Origin: Brevinematia bacterium
Lineage (GTDB): Bacteria; Spirochaetota; Brevinematia; DTOW01
NCBI GenBank assembly: GCA_046299455.1
Contig: JBKBIJ010000001.1
Location: 1-31,454, forward strand
DNA: 31,454 nt
Direction: 5' to 3'
The notes beneath the pieces are model-generated. The model was not told where the DNA came from and ran no database searches. It worked only from the letters and a program-made list of their open reading frames with translations. A program made the position numbers and the translations under genes. Shown here one piece after another: positions 17,953-28,459 of the stretch; the first letter of the stretch is position 1; each line of letters starts with the position of its first letter.

Positions 17953-19641
17953 ATGAAATATAATAAACACTATATGGCATTGGGTGACGTCTTAGTTGAA
18001 ATGGGGATTTTGACAAAGGAGGAATTGGCTGTTTACTTACAAAAACAAAAGCTTTCAAACAAAAGATTAGGTGAACTATTGGTTGATGAAGGTAAGATAT
18101 CTGAAGAAAAACTATATAGTATTTTATCCAATGAATTTAACGTAAACTTTGAAGATAATATAGATCTTCCTCCGGATGAGAAAATAGGTATTTTGTTGTC
18201 TATTTTGCCTATAGAGTTTTGTAAGAAGAAAAATGTTGCTCCTATAGATTATAAAGGTGATTTTATTGTTGTGGCTATAGACAATCCTTCTGATTTTGAT
18301 GTTGTAAGTGAGATAAGGTTTATAACTGGTAAACATGTTGAAACAAGGTTTGCTAAAACATCTGCAATAAAAAAGTACTTGTCTAACCTTCAGGGTTCCA
18401 TTTCAGGTAAGGTTGACAATCAAAAACCAAAGATTGAAAAGAAACTTTTCCAAGAGGAAAAAGATACTAAAAAGGTTGAAAAAGAAGAAAGTAAGATTGT
18501 AATGTTGGTTAATAAGATAATATCTGAGGGAATTGAGAAAAAAGCTAGTGATATACATCTTGAAGTGTATGAGAACAGAGTTTTGTTAAGGTATAGGATA
18601 GATGGTAAGCTCTATAAATTCGATGGTCCTCCCTTAGAGCTATACTCTGGTGTCGTTTCTAGGATAAAAATTATGTCTAACCTCGATATTTCTGAAAGAA
18701 GATTGCCACAGGATGGTGCTATAAAGTTTTCTTATTCCGGAAATGATATTGATATAAGAGTATCTATTATTCCAGGGATATATGGAGAGAATATAGTTAT
18801 GAGGATACTGTCAAAGGATACTACAATTATCTCTAGCCTTTCTTCAATTGGGATGAATGACCAAGAAGTTATGGTATATAGGGAATCTCTAAGTAAGCCA
18901 AATGGAATTATACTTGTTACTGGGCCTACCGGTAGTGGTAAAACTACAACACTTTATGCAGGGATAATGTATATAAAGCAATTTGATAAGAAGATTATAA
19001 CAGCTGAAGATCCAGTTGAGTATCAGATAGATGGAGTAGAACAAGTACAAATAAACCCTGAAATTGGTTTTACTTTTGCCAATGCTTTACGTTCATTCTT
19101 GAGACATGATCCAGATGTAATAATGGTTGGAGAAATTAGAGATACTGAAACTGCTGAAATTGCAATCAGAGCTGCTTTGACAGGACATCTTGTTTTGTCT
19201 ACATTACATACAAATGATGCTCCTTCATCTATAACAAGACTTGTTGATATGGGTATACCTCCTTATTTGGTTGCTTCTACCTTAAATGTTGTTATAGCTC
19301 AGAGATTAGTTAGAAAATTATGTGATCACTGTAAAGTAGAAAAAAAGATTGATGTTTCAAAATTTGATCCAAAACTTCGAAAATATTTTAAGGATGGTGA
19401 AATTGTATTTTTACCAAAAGGATGTTCCAAGTGTAATGGAACAGGATTTAGAGGTAGAATACCAATTTTCGAAATATTAAAAGTCGATGAAAGTATAAGA
19501 GAAGGTATATTGAAGAATTTGTCTTCGTTTGAATTGAAAGAAATAGCGATTAAAAATGGTATGAAAACTTTATTCGATTCAGGAATGGAAAAAGTAAAAA
19601 GTGGAATTACTACTATTGAGGAAATTGTTGCTATTACTTAG
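17953..19641 (+). CDS. pilB: PilB/GspE-family secretion/pilus assembly ATPase with N-terminal MshEN-type domain
   Basis: ASDIHLE, DISERRLPQDG, GPTGSGKTTTL, EDPVEY, LRHDPDVIMVGEIRD, CxxC...CxxC zinc site; N-terminal LG..L...G repeats. gspE cannot be excluded. Confidence 0.85.
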   Translation: MKYNKHYMALGDVLVEMGILTKEELAVYLQKQKLSNKRLGELLVDEGKISEEKLYSILSNEFNVNFEDNIDLPPDEKIGILLSILPIEFCKKKNVAPIDYKGDFIVVAIDNPSDFDVVSEIRFITGKHVETRFAKTSAIKKYLSNLQGSISGKVDNQKPKIEKKLFQEEKDTKKVEKEESKIVMLVNKIISEGIEKKASDIHLEVYENRVLLRYRIDGKLYKFDGPPLELYSGVVSRIKIMSNLDISERRLPQDGAIKFSYSGNDIDIRVSIIPGIYGENIVMRILSKDTTIISSLSSIGMNDQEVMVYRESLSKPNGIILVTGPTGSGKTTTLYAGIMYIKQFDKKIITAEDPVEYQIDGVEQVQINPEIGFTFANALRSFLRHDPDVIMVGEIRDTETAEIAIRAALTGHLVLSTLHTNDAPSSITRLVDMGIPPYLVASTLNVVIAQRLVRKLCDHCKVEKKIDVSKFDPKLRKYFKDGEIVFLPKGCSKCNGTGFRGRIPIFEILKVDESIREGILKNLSSFELKEIAIKNGMKTLFDSGMEKVKSGITTIEEIVAIT

Positions 19642-19648
19642 GTAAGTT

Positions 19649-20632
19649 ATGTCGAAATTCCCTAATCATGAAACTTTTAAAGAACATAAAACATTTCCCC
19701 AAAAGTTTGTTGAAAAGTTTATCTACTTTGATGATTATACCTTTCTTAGCAGAAATATTTTCCCTAAAAAAATGAAAAAATGTTATGTGTATGATATAAA
19801 AGATCAAAAAATTGCAGATTTCTTCCTAGATTACGGTAGGTTATACCTAGGATTTTCTGATAAGTTTATTACAAAGATGGTAAAAAATTACCTTAAAAGT
19901 ACTATTTTTTCTTACTCTACCGGAATATTTACATATAGATTTTTGAAGTTGATCAATGATCTTACTTGTAAAGAATTTAGGAATATATTTTTTGCTAGAA
20001 GTTTGTCTTCTTTGGGAGATATTTTATCTATGTTACTGGGGAAAAATTTTTCAGTCAATAGTTATTATACTTCTATTGTTTTTGGTAAAAAATTGGATAC
20101 TAATAATCCCGATGTTTTCGAACCTTTTAATGAATTTTTTTTGCTGGAAGATTTCCCTACGAGTATAAGATACCTCTTCTTAGGAAGAGGCATAAGGTAT
20201 TATGAGGTTCTGGAGAGATTGAGTTGTATCGATATAGGTGGGATTGTTATGAGTTTTGGTAGATTTTTTGTTGTTCTTTCTAACGAGAGAATTTTGAATA
20301 AAAGTAAAGATTTTTCCTTTGTATCGGAATTTGAATCTATGATTGGTTACTATTACTTGCTTAGAGAAAAGTTTTTGATTTCAAGAAAAATTTATAGATT
20401 AAAAAACTACACTGAGCGATGGTTAAAAAAATTTGTTGATATTGGTGTTGCGGATGGTTTGTCTCCTTATGCTATTTATTTCTCCAAAAAGCCTGAATAT
20501 TTTCATGATTACCTAATTAGGGAAGGTATTTTTTCTTACGGTAATACTTTGTTTTTTTCTTTTCAACACGATGAAAATGATTTTAAAAGACTTAGGAGAA
20601 AGTTGAACCAAGTTTTTGGTATATCGTCTTAA
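19649..20632 (+). CDS. Highly divergent class-III aminotransferase (HemL/GSA-aminomutase-like) fold protein, probably catalytically inactive
   Basis: By-eye alignment: [23 protein letters not shown] ~ [33 protein letters not shown] ~ [29 protein letters not shown] ~ GVYL...FLSxAHxEEDI. Confidence 0.55.
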   Translation: [327 protein letters not shown]

Positions 20633-21165
20633 ATTAGCTTGAACGATTTTATAGGGTAATATCTTGGATTTGGATGTGCAAGTTCACTTTTGTAAAGAAT
20701 GAACTCTTTAACATCAAATTCACCAAAGTCTTTATTATAAGCTTTGAGAATTTCTTTTAGCTTTTGGATGTTTGTAATGGTTTTGAACCTAGCTAATGTT
20801 ATATGCGGAGAAAATTCCCTTTTTTCTTTGGGGATTTCTATATTTTCAAGACTTCTCTCTATAATTTTGAATAGTGATTCCATCTCCTGGTTTTTTTCTA
20901 TTCCTACCCAAAATACTCTAGGAGCGTGTGTATTAGGGAAAACTCCTACGTTTTTTAGACAAATTTGGAATTTTTTAAATGTTATTTTATCGAGGATTCC
21001 TAAAATTTCTTTTGTTTTTGTGGTTTCTCCTATGAATTTAAGAGTTATGTGAATGTTTTCCATGGGAACTACTTTGGCGTTTAAGGAGCTTAGTTTCTCA
21101 GAGATTTCTGAGAACTTAATTTTTATTTCTTCTGGAACATCTATTGCTACAAATAACCTGTCCAT
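20629..21165 (-). CDS. thpR: RNA 2',3'-cyclic phosphodiesterase (2H phosphoesterase)
   Basis: RLFVAI start, two HxT motifs (HITLKF, FSPHITLAR), PRVFWVG. Confidence 0.93.
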   Translation of the reverse strand: MDRLFVAIDVPEEIKIKFSEISEKLSSLNAKVVPMENIHITLKFIGETTKTKEILGILDKITFKKFQICLKNVGVFPNTHAPRVFWVGIEKNQEMESLFKIIERSLENIEIPKEKREFSPHITLARFKTITNIQKLKEILKAYNKDFGEFDVKEFILYKSELAHPNPRYYPIKSFKLI

Positions 21166-21173
21166 AGGTTTGA

Positions 21174-21944
21174 CTAAAACGGTTTGAATAGGTCTTTTAT
21201 AGTTCTATTGTCTGGTATATCTTCAAGTATTTTGTATTTTTTTAGTATTACAGTGAACATTGCAATGAGCAAGGAATTTACAAGACCTTGGTAAAATAAC
21301 ATCATCCCTACAGCACTTATGAAAGAAAATATGAATATTGGTACTATTGTAAGTACGGTTAAGAATACAATGAAGACATTATCCATCATTATTACCCAAG
21401 ATCTGTTTACGGACGTTTTTATGTTATCTTTTGGGAAGAATACAATGTAAAGTGATAGTATAACGAAGAATAATGTAAACACTACCAAATACCAAAAAGT
21501 TATTACTATCAATATCATTCCTATGATGTTGTTGCCAAAGAATGATGAGTAGAAGATCATAGAAAATATTGCTAGGAAGTATACGAGGGCCGTTATTATT
21601 GTAAACAATATCGATTTACCAATGTTTTCTTTTATTCCTTGGAAAAATTCCTGAAAAAGTTTTTTATGAGTGTTTGTCGAAAAATTTCTAATAACTGTTA
21701 GAAGACCTATTTGAGTTGGAAAGAATATACTACTACCAAATAATATAGACATTACTAACCAAAACAAGTTTATTTCTTCGGGTGATGGTGGTGGTTCAAT
21801 TGGTATTCTGGCGAATATAAATAGACCCATTGTAAAAAAAAGCGTTGGAATATTTGTCAGGAATCCCAGAATACTTATTATTATGTTTTTTGAAAAATTG
21901 TCCCACCATAACCAAAAAAATTCTTTGAGTACTCTTATCCACAT
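21174..21944 (-). CDS. Integral membrane protein (DUF624/YesL-like)
   Basis: Five to six hydrophobic helices and FFQGIKENIGKS, resembling the DUF624 pattern; recognised by eye only. Confidence 0.55.
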   Translation of the reverse strand: MWIRVLKEFFWLWWDNFSKNIIISILGFLTNIPTLFFTMGLFIFARIPIEPPPSPEEINLFWLVMSILFGSSIFFPTQIGLLTVIRNFSTNTHKKLFQEFFQGIKENIGKSILFTIITALVYFLAIFSMIFYSSFFGNNIIGMILIVITFWYLVVFTLFFVILSLYIVFFPKDNIKTSVNRSWVIMMDNVFIVFLTVLTIVPIFIFSFISAVGMMLFYQGLVNSLLIAMFTVILKKYKILEDIPDNRTIKDLFKPF

Positions 21945-22029
21945 TTATTGCTTACCTCTCTAGAATTCTAATCTAACTTTAAGTTTATTTTCTACCTATA
22001 GTACTAATCTTTAAATTTGTTACGATAAC

Positions 22030-22452
22030 ATTTGAAGTCCGTTACTTCCTAAGACCTATCCAGATATGCTTTATTACGGTATTTCCCCTACAACCTCTAA
22101 AAGAAAGATAGTTTCCTAAACTGATCATTTTAGGAGTTTTCTGTAAATTTAGAAAACCTATTTCTCGCTAAAACTTATTTAGACAGATGCTATGAACCTT
22201 TTTAGGGTTTTATCCGGTTTCTTACCTATATTTTCGGGTACCTTAAATGATAGTTTTTTGATATCCTAGGAGTTTTCTCATAAATTTAGAACATTTATTT
22301 TATCTTAAAACTTGCTTAAACAGATTTTACTATTAGGGTACTTCTATTCCATAACTCCTATAAAATGGTATTTTCATCAGATAGCCACACCTTAAGCAGT
22401 GTCAAAAATCTAGTTTACTAATTTTCTATAAGTTTTGGAACACTCCCTCAAC
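22030..22452 (-). repeat. Reverse-oriented copies of the dispersed repeat
   Basis: 22339-22355 is the exact reverse complement of 2221-2237 (GTTATGGAATAGAAGTA). Reverse-complement modules TCTAAATAAGTTTTAG (near 22170), TATCTGGATAGGTC (near 22055) and GATTTTTGACAC (near 22400). GAGTTTTY..TAAATTTAGAA recurs near 22134, 22270 and 22870. Confidence 0.7.
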
Positions 22453-22536
22453 CCCTTTTTTAAATGATTAACCAACTTCTTAACGATATTTTTTTAGACC
22501 TTTAAGAGAGATATGTTCTTATCACAGTACTTTCGT

Positions 22537-22815
22537 TCAATAATTTCTAAAGAATGATAATTCTTTGAAGTGATAGTCATTTTTGAGTGTGGTATTTTCT
22601 AGGGTGGTAGGTTTTTTCAAGATTTGTTTGGTCAAGGTCAGTAATTTTTTATAGCTCAGGTGGTTAAGTATTTTTAAAAGGAATAGGATTGATATTATTG
22701 GTTCCTGGTATGTTTGAGGTCTGCTCATTTTTGATGTTTTTGCGGGTAGATAATTTTTGTAGAATAATTGGGTTAGTTTGTAAATGTAAGAAACTTCTAA
22801 GTTAGCAATTCCCAT
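22537..22815 (-). pseudogene. Truncated transposase N-terminal fragment (IS4/IS5-superfamily-like)
   Basis: MSRPQTYQEPIISILFLLKILNHLSYKKLL resembles the GRPxxY..ILxLFLxxxLxxLSYRxL N-terminus of DDE transposases. Only 92 aa; a terminus-like sequence lies just upstream. Confidence 0.6.
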
Positions 22816-22843
22816 AAGAAAAAAATCATAACAAAATCTTGCT

Positions 22844-22859
22844 ACTTTTGAAGCACCCT
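22844..22859 (-). mobile_element. Putative left terminal inverted repeat of the decayed IS
   Basis: Minus strand AGGGTGCTTCAAAAGT, 28 nt upstream of the transposase ATG, followed by a TGTTATGAT -10-like box. Resembles the repeat terminus GAGAGTGTTTCAAAAAT. Confidence 0.5.
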
Positions 22860-22860
22860 A

Positions 22861-24180
22861 TTCCTCTAAGAGTTTTACATAAATTTAGAATTACTTACTC
22901 CTTCTTATAACTTAATTAGATATGCTATCTTATAAAACCTACAGGATTTTTTAAGGTATTATCAAATTCCTAGTGATATTTTCGAAAACTTTTAAAAAGA
23001 AGTTTTGTCCTTAAGTAGTTAGATAATTTCTTAGGTTGTATATTTTTTAAGAACCTTTAAGTAACGAAAGTAATATTTTTTTAAACGTTCTTACTAAAAA
23101 TTGCATTTTAGGGAGTACTCATATTCTTGGCATACATTCAATTCTCATGGAATTAATTCTTCTGAATACTTTTCTCCAAAAAGTTAACCTTAGGGATTCT
23201 TCTTTTTATCACAATGAAATTTAAAGCATAGGATTTTTCGAAAATATTAACTTTCTACTTAAATTTGAGAGCGTTTCAAAAATTTAGCCTATATCTATAC
23301 TCTTAGTATCAACAAAAGAAGTTCTCACATGAATATGCTAAATTCATAAAAAATCTTAAGTCCTATTGCTTCAGAAAATCATCTTTCTTTAAATACCACC
23401 AGATATGAATAGCATAAAATAACTTACCCGAATGAGAGTGTTTCAAAAATATTACTTTCCTACTTAGAAGTGAAAATATTTCAAAAATAGTATTTTACTA
23501 TTTAAATGTATTCAAATACCTTAGTGAATCGGATAAATTCTTAAGAAATCTACAACTTTAGAAAACTAGCGTTTCTAAAAAATTAAGGAACAGAAGTACT
23601 ATATAAGAGCACCCTTGTAAAAAGAATGAGATTTAAAACTCTTAAGAGAACAAATTCAAAAAAAAATTACTACTCTTTAGAGGTTGTTAAAACAGAAGAA
23701 AAAAGAGGTTATCTAAATAGTCTTTTTAGTAAGGATTATGAAAGAAATATACTCAGGAAGAAATTGGATTTTTTAGGCACAACAACTTTTTAAAGTTTCA
23801 AAGAAATATCACCGAGAAATTGGACTACCTCTAAAATAAAGTATCGTTTGAATAAACCACATTTTTAAGAAGGCACGTAACAAAAAATTACCATAATAAG
23901 ATATCATATCTGAATAAGTTTTAAGAGAAAAAATAAATATTCTAAAATTTATACGAAACTCACTAAGTGAGTAAATTCAAAAAAGAAAGTATCTAAAGAA
24001 TGCTATTTCTTACTTAGAGATGTTCAAAACATATCTAATAAATTGGATAACCACTTAGAAGGAGTTTGTTACTCAAAAAATACTTTTCTTCAGAGTTTAT
24101 AGGATGAAAGTACTAATTGCCCAAATATTTTGTAAGGAAGAACGAAAAAGTGTAAATTATTTTTTTGATACAACATCATT
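22861..24180 (+). repeat. Large cluster of degenerate dispersed-repeat copies
   Basis: GAGAGCGTTTCAAAAAT near 23268 and GAGAGTGTTTCAAAAATATTACTTTCCTA near 23434. About 125 bp at 23472-23597 is colinear with 1495-1620. TTATCTAAATAG near 23709, GAAATTGGATTTTTTAGGCAC near 23760, TTTTTTGATACA ending at 24172. Confidence 0.75.
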
Positions 24181-24249
24181 TTTTTGGATACTTGATTTTT
24201 GTGAGGAATTTCTATAAAAATAACCTAATAAGTTTTAAAGGAGGTTTAA

Positions 24250-25326
<1,077 letters not shown>

Positions 25327-25344
25327 TTTGTTAAGGAGAGGGCT

Positions 25345-26547
25345 ATGGAGAAGAAAACTGTTAGGGATGTAGATTTGAGTAATAAGAAAGTTTTTATTAG
25401 GGAGGACTTTAATGTCCCCCTAGATTCGAATGGTAATATAACTGACTATACTAGAATAGATGCTGCTTTACCTACTATCAAGTACCTTTTGGAGAAGAAT
25501 TCTGCATTAGTTTTGGCATCTCATCTTGGTAGACCCAAAGGTAAGGATCCAAAATATAGTTTGCTTCCCGTTCAGAAAGCTCTTTCTGAAAGATTAGGAA
25601 TAGACGTTAAGTTTGTTCCAGATTGTGTTAACGATGAAGCAAAAAATGCTATAAAGAGTCTAAAGCCTGGAGAAGTCCTTCTGCTAGAAAATGTTAGATT
25701 TTATAAAGAGGAAGAAGCTAATGATGAGAATTTTGCTAGAAATTGGGCAGAGTTAGTTGATGCTTTCGTGTGTGATGCTTTTGGTAGTGTTCATAGAGCT
25801 CATGCTTCTGTGGAAGCTTTGCCTAGATTGATGAAACAGATGGGTAAACCTGCTGTTGCAGGGTTCTTAGTTGAAAAGGAGCTTGAGTACCTTGGGAAAG
25901 CCCTAAATGATCCAAAAAGACCTTTTGTAGCTATACTTGGGGGTTCTAAAGTTTCTACAAAGATTGATGTGATAAATTCACTTATAAACAAAGTAGATAA
26001 GTTACTCATTGGTGGTGGTATGATGTTTACCTTCTATAAGGCTATGGGTATAGATATTGGAAAATCTCTACTTGAACCGGATTATGTATCTGTTGCTTTT
26101 GATATCATTCAGAAATCCAAAGAGAAAAATGTTTCTATAGTTTTACCTGTTGATGTGGTTGTTACTGATAGTATTGACAATCCTAGTAAAATTGAAGTTG
26201 TGAGTAAAAACAATATTCCTTCTGATATGATAGGTGTTGATATTGGTCCTTCCACTATAAAGCTGTTTTCTGATGAGATTAGGGGAGCTAAAACTATCTT
26301 CTGGAATGGTCCTCTTGGAGTTTTTGAAAAAGATGAGTTTTCTAAGGGTACGATTGAAGTTGCCAAGATGTTAGCTTCTCTTAAGGATGCAATAAAGGTT
26401 ATAGGTGGTGGAGATTCTGCTGCTGCAGTTGCTAAAGCTGGTGTTGAAAGCAAGATGACTCATATATCAACAGGTGGTGGCGCATCTCTAGAGTTTGTCG
26501 AAGGGAAACCTTTGCCAGGTATTGTAATTTTGGATGATAGATATTAA
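25345..26547 (+). CDS. pgk: Phosphoglycerate kinase
   Basis: REDFNVP, SHLGRPKG, LLENVRF, GGSKVSTK, IGGGDS, HISTGGGASLE. Confidence 0.98.
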   Translation: MEKKTVRDVDLSNKKVFIREDFNVPLDSNGNITDYTRIDAALPTIKYLLEKNSALVLASHLGRPKGKDPKYSLLPVQKALSERLGIDVKFVPDCVNDEAKNAIKSLKPGEVLLLENVRFYKEEEANDENFARNWAELVDAFVCDAFGSVHRAHASVEALPRLMKQMGKPAVAGFLVEKELEYLGKALNDPKRPFVAILGGSKVSTKIDVINSLINKVDKLLIGGGMMFTFYKAMGIDIGKSLLEPDYVSVAFDIIQKSKEKNVSIVLPVDVVVTDSIDNPSKIEVVSKNNIPSDMIGVDIGPSTIKLFSDEIRGAKTIFWNGPLGVFEKDEFSKGTIEVAKMLASLKDAIKVIGGGDSAAAVAKAGVESKMTHISTGGGASLEFVEGKPLPGIVILDDRY

Positions 26548-27173
26548 TGAATGTAGAAGTTTTCGTTTTAGGAGATCTCAGTACTAACTCTTATGTCTTA
26601 TGGGATGAAGGAATAGGTATTGTTTTTGATCCGGGGGATCACCCCGATCTTATAATGCAGTTCTTAGAAGAAAATAATATATCGCTTCTATACGTTTTAA
26701 ATACCCATGCTCATTTTGATCATATTCTAGGTAATAATTTGCTTGTCAGTTCAACTAAAGCCAGGCTTGGTGTTAATGAATTAGATTCTGAAATTTTAAC
26801 GAATGCTTTCTATAATCTGTCAGCTTATATGTCGAAACCATTTTATTCTGTTAAACCTTCATTGTTGCTTAAAGATGGAGATAAATTGGAATTCTTGGAC
26901 AAAGAAATTTTTTGTATTCATACACCTGGGCATACTCCTGGTTCTAGTTGCTTCTACTTACCAACTGAAAATATTATTTTCACTGGTGATACTCTTTTTA
27001 AATTTTCTTACGGTAGAACTGATCTTCTTGGTGGTAACGAAGTAGAAATGGAGAATTCTCTAAGGAAGCTTTATTATATGCTTAATGATGAAGATATATG
27101 TTTCCCAGGACATGGAGAACGTTTTAAGTTTAGAGAAGTTAAACTATGGCTAAAGGAAATTTTAAGAATTTAG
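26547..27173 (+). CDS. MBL-fold metallo-hydrolase (glyoxalase II-like)
   Basis: THAHFDH (HxHxDH), HTPGHTPG, FTGDTLF, GRTD, PGHG. Confidence 0.92.
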   Translation: MNVEVFVLGDLSTNSYVLWDEGIGIVFDPGDHPDLIMQFLEENNISLLYVLNTHAHFDHILGNNLLVSSTKARLGVNELDSEILTNAFYNLSAYMSKPFYSVKPSLLLKDGDKLEFLDKEIFCIHTPGHTPGSSCFYLPTENIIFTGDTLFKFSYGRTDLLGGNEVEMENSLRKLYYMLNDEDICFPGHGERFKFREVKLWLKEILRI

Positions 27174-27850
27174 TTTTATACTTGTTTTTCGTTTTCCAAT
27201 TGCCTCTGTTTTCTTATGGTAATATTGGTGATAAGATTGTGTTTTTTGCTAAAAGATTTTTAGGAATACCTTATGATGTTGATCCTTTGGGAATCTATGT
27301 AAGGAAAAAGGTAATAGTTTATGATGAACGTGTTGATTGTATGTATTTGATTTTTAGAAGTGTCGAGTTAGCTTTTTCTGATGGAAATGATAGGGTTGCA
27401 TTAGATATTGCTCTCGATAAAAGGTTTATCAGTAGAGGTATGGTTAGTAATTCTATGGTTGTTAATTATGAAACTAGATTTGAATATGGTGAAGATATGA
27501 TTTTAAGCGGTAAGTGGGGAAAACCTTTGATAACTAATGAGAACATTCTTGAAAAAGTTTTTTCTAGAAGGCTTAATAGAAATATTTTTTTTGTTCCGAA
27601 AAGCAAGTATGATTGTATTGAGCAGTTTATTAAGAATGGTAGTATAATTTTTTTTATTAAAAATCCTAAATATAGCAAAAAAAATGAAGTTGTAGGGCAT
27701 ATGGGAATATTAGAAAAAGTTTCTAATGATGTTTTTTTAATACATGCTAAGGGAACTAAGAATGTTGGCGGTAAGGTTGTTAGAGAGAATATGAAAGATT
27801 ATTTAGAGAGTACTAAATATATAGGTTTTGTTATAACTTATTTTGAATGA
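27146..27850 (+). CDS. Secreted NlpC/P60-superfamily amidase (DUF1460/AmiA-like)
   Basis: Signal-like N-terminus; AKRFLGIPY..DPLG, VDC (catalytic Cys), GHMGI (His), FLIHA. Confidence 0.7.
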   Translation: MAKGNFKNLVLYLFFVFQLPLFSYGNIGDKIVFFAKRFLGIPYDVDPLGIYVRKKVIVYDERVDCMYLIFRSVELAFSDGNDRVALDIALDKRFISRGMVSNSMVVNYETRFEYGEDMILSGKWGKPLITNENILEKVFSRRLNRNIFFVPKSKYDCIEQFIKNGSIIFFIKNPKYSKKNEVVGHMGILEKVSNDVFLIHAKGTKNVGGKVVRENMKDYLESTKYIGFVITYFE

Positions 27851-28404
27851 TTGTTTCTTGTTAGTGATATAAAGTAATTATAGCCGAATTCTGCTGCTTT
27901 CTGGTTTGAAGATACTATTTTTGTTTTTCCTTTTTCTGAGAAGAATTTTTCGATACCTTTTAGTAGGAATTCGAAGTCATATAACTTTGATAATGCCATT
28001 AGTCCACCGATCATTACCATGTTAACGAATCTAGGGTCTCCTAAGTCAAAGGCTATAGAATTAGCATCTATGTGATAGATTTTTATGTCTTGTCTTTTTG
28101 GTGGTATGTTAACTAATGAGGAATTATATAGTAATATGCCATCTTTCTCTAACCATCGTTCAAATTTTATTACAGAAGGTTGATTAAAACAAACAACGAT
28201 GTTAGGTGATTGAGTCACAGGAGAAGCTACTTCATGATCATCTATTATTACAGTGCAATTTGAAGTACCTCCTCTTTGTTCTGCTCCGTAGGAAGGGAAA
28301 AAAGTGGGGTATTTGCCAGATATTATAGCTCCGTAGCAAAGAATCATACCTGCCGACAAAACGCCTTGTCCTCCAAAACCCGAAATTATTATCCTGTTTT
28401 CCAT
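27838..28404 (-). CDS. 2-oxoacid:acceptor oxidoreductase gamma subunit
   Basis: SGFGGQGVLSAG, PSYGAEQRGGTS, NMVMIG. Confidence 0.92.
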   Translation of the reverse strand: MENRIIISGFGGQGVLSAGMILCYGAIISGKYPTFFPSYGAEQRGGTSNCTVIIDDHEVASPVTQSPNIVVCFNQPSVIKFERWLEKDGILLYNSSLVNIPPKRQDIKIYHIDANSIAFDLGDPRFVNMVMIGGLMALSKLYDFEFLLKGIEKFFSEKGKTKIVSSNQKAAEFGYNYFISLTRNNHSK

Positions 28405-28459
28405 ATATCAAACTCCTATCTTCAAAATATTATTTATTTGTTACTTTGATTTTCAATAA

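Noticed and set aside
21935-21943. Perfect DnaA box TTATCCACA
   Set aside because: Single copy, and it is the reverse complement of the start of the 21174-21944 gene (ATG TGG ATA A). The TTATCCAAA look-alikes belong to the repeat family.
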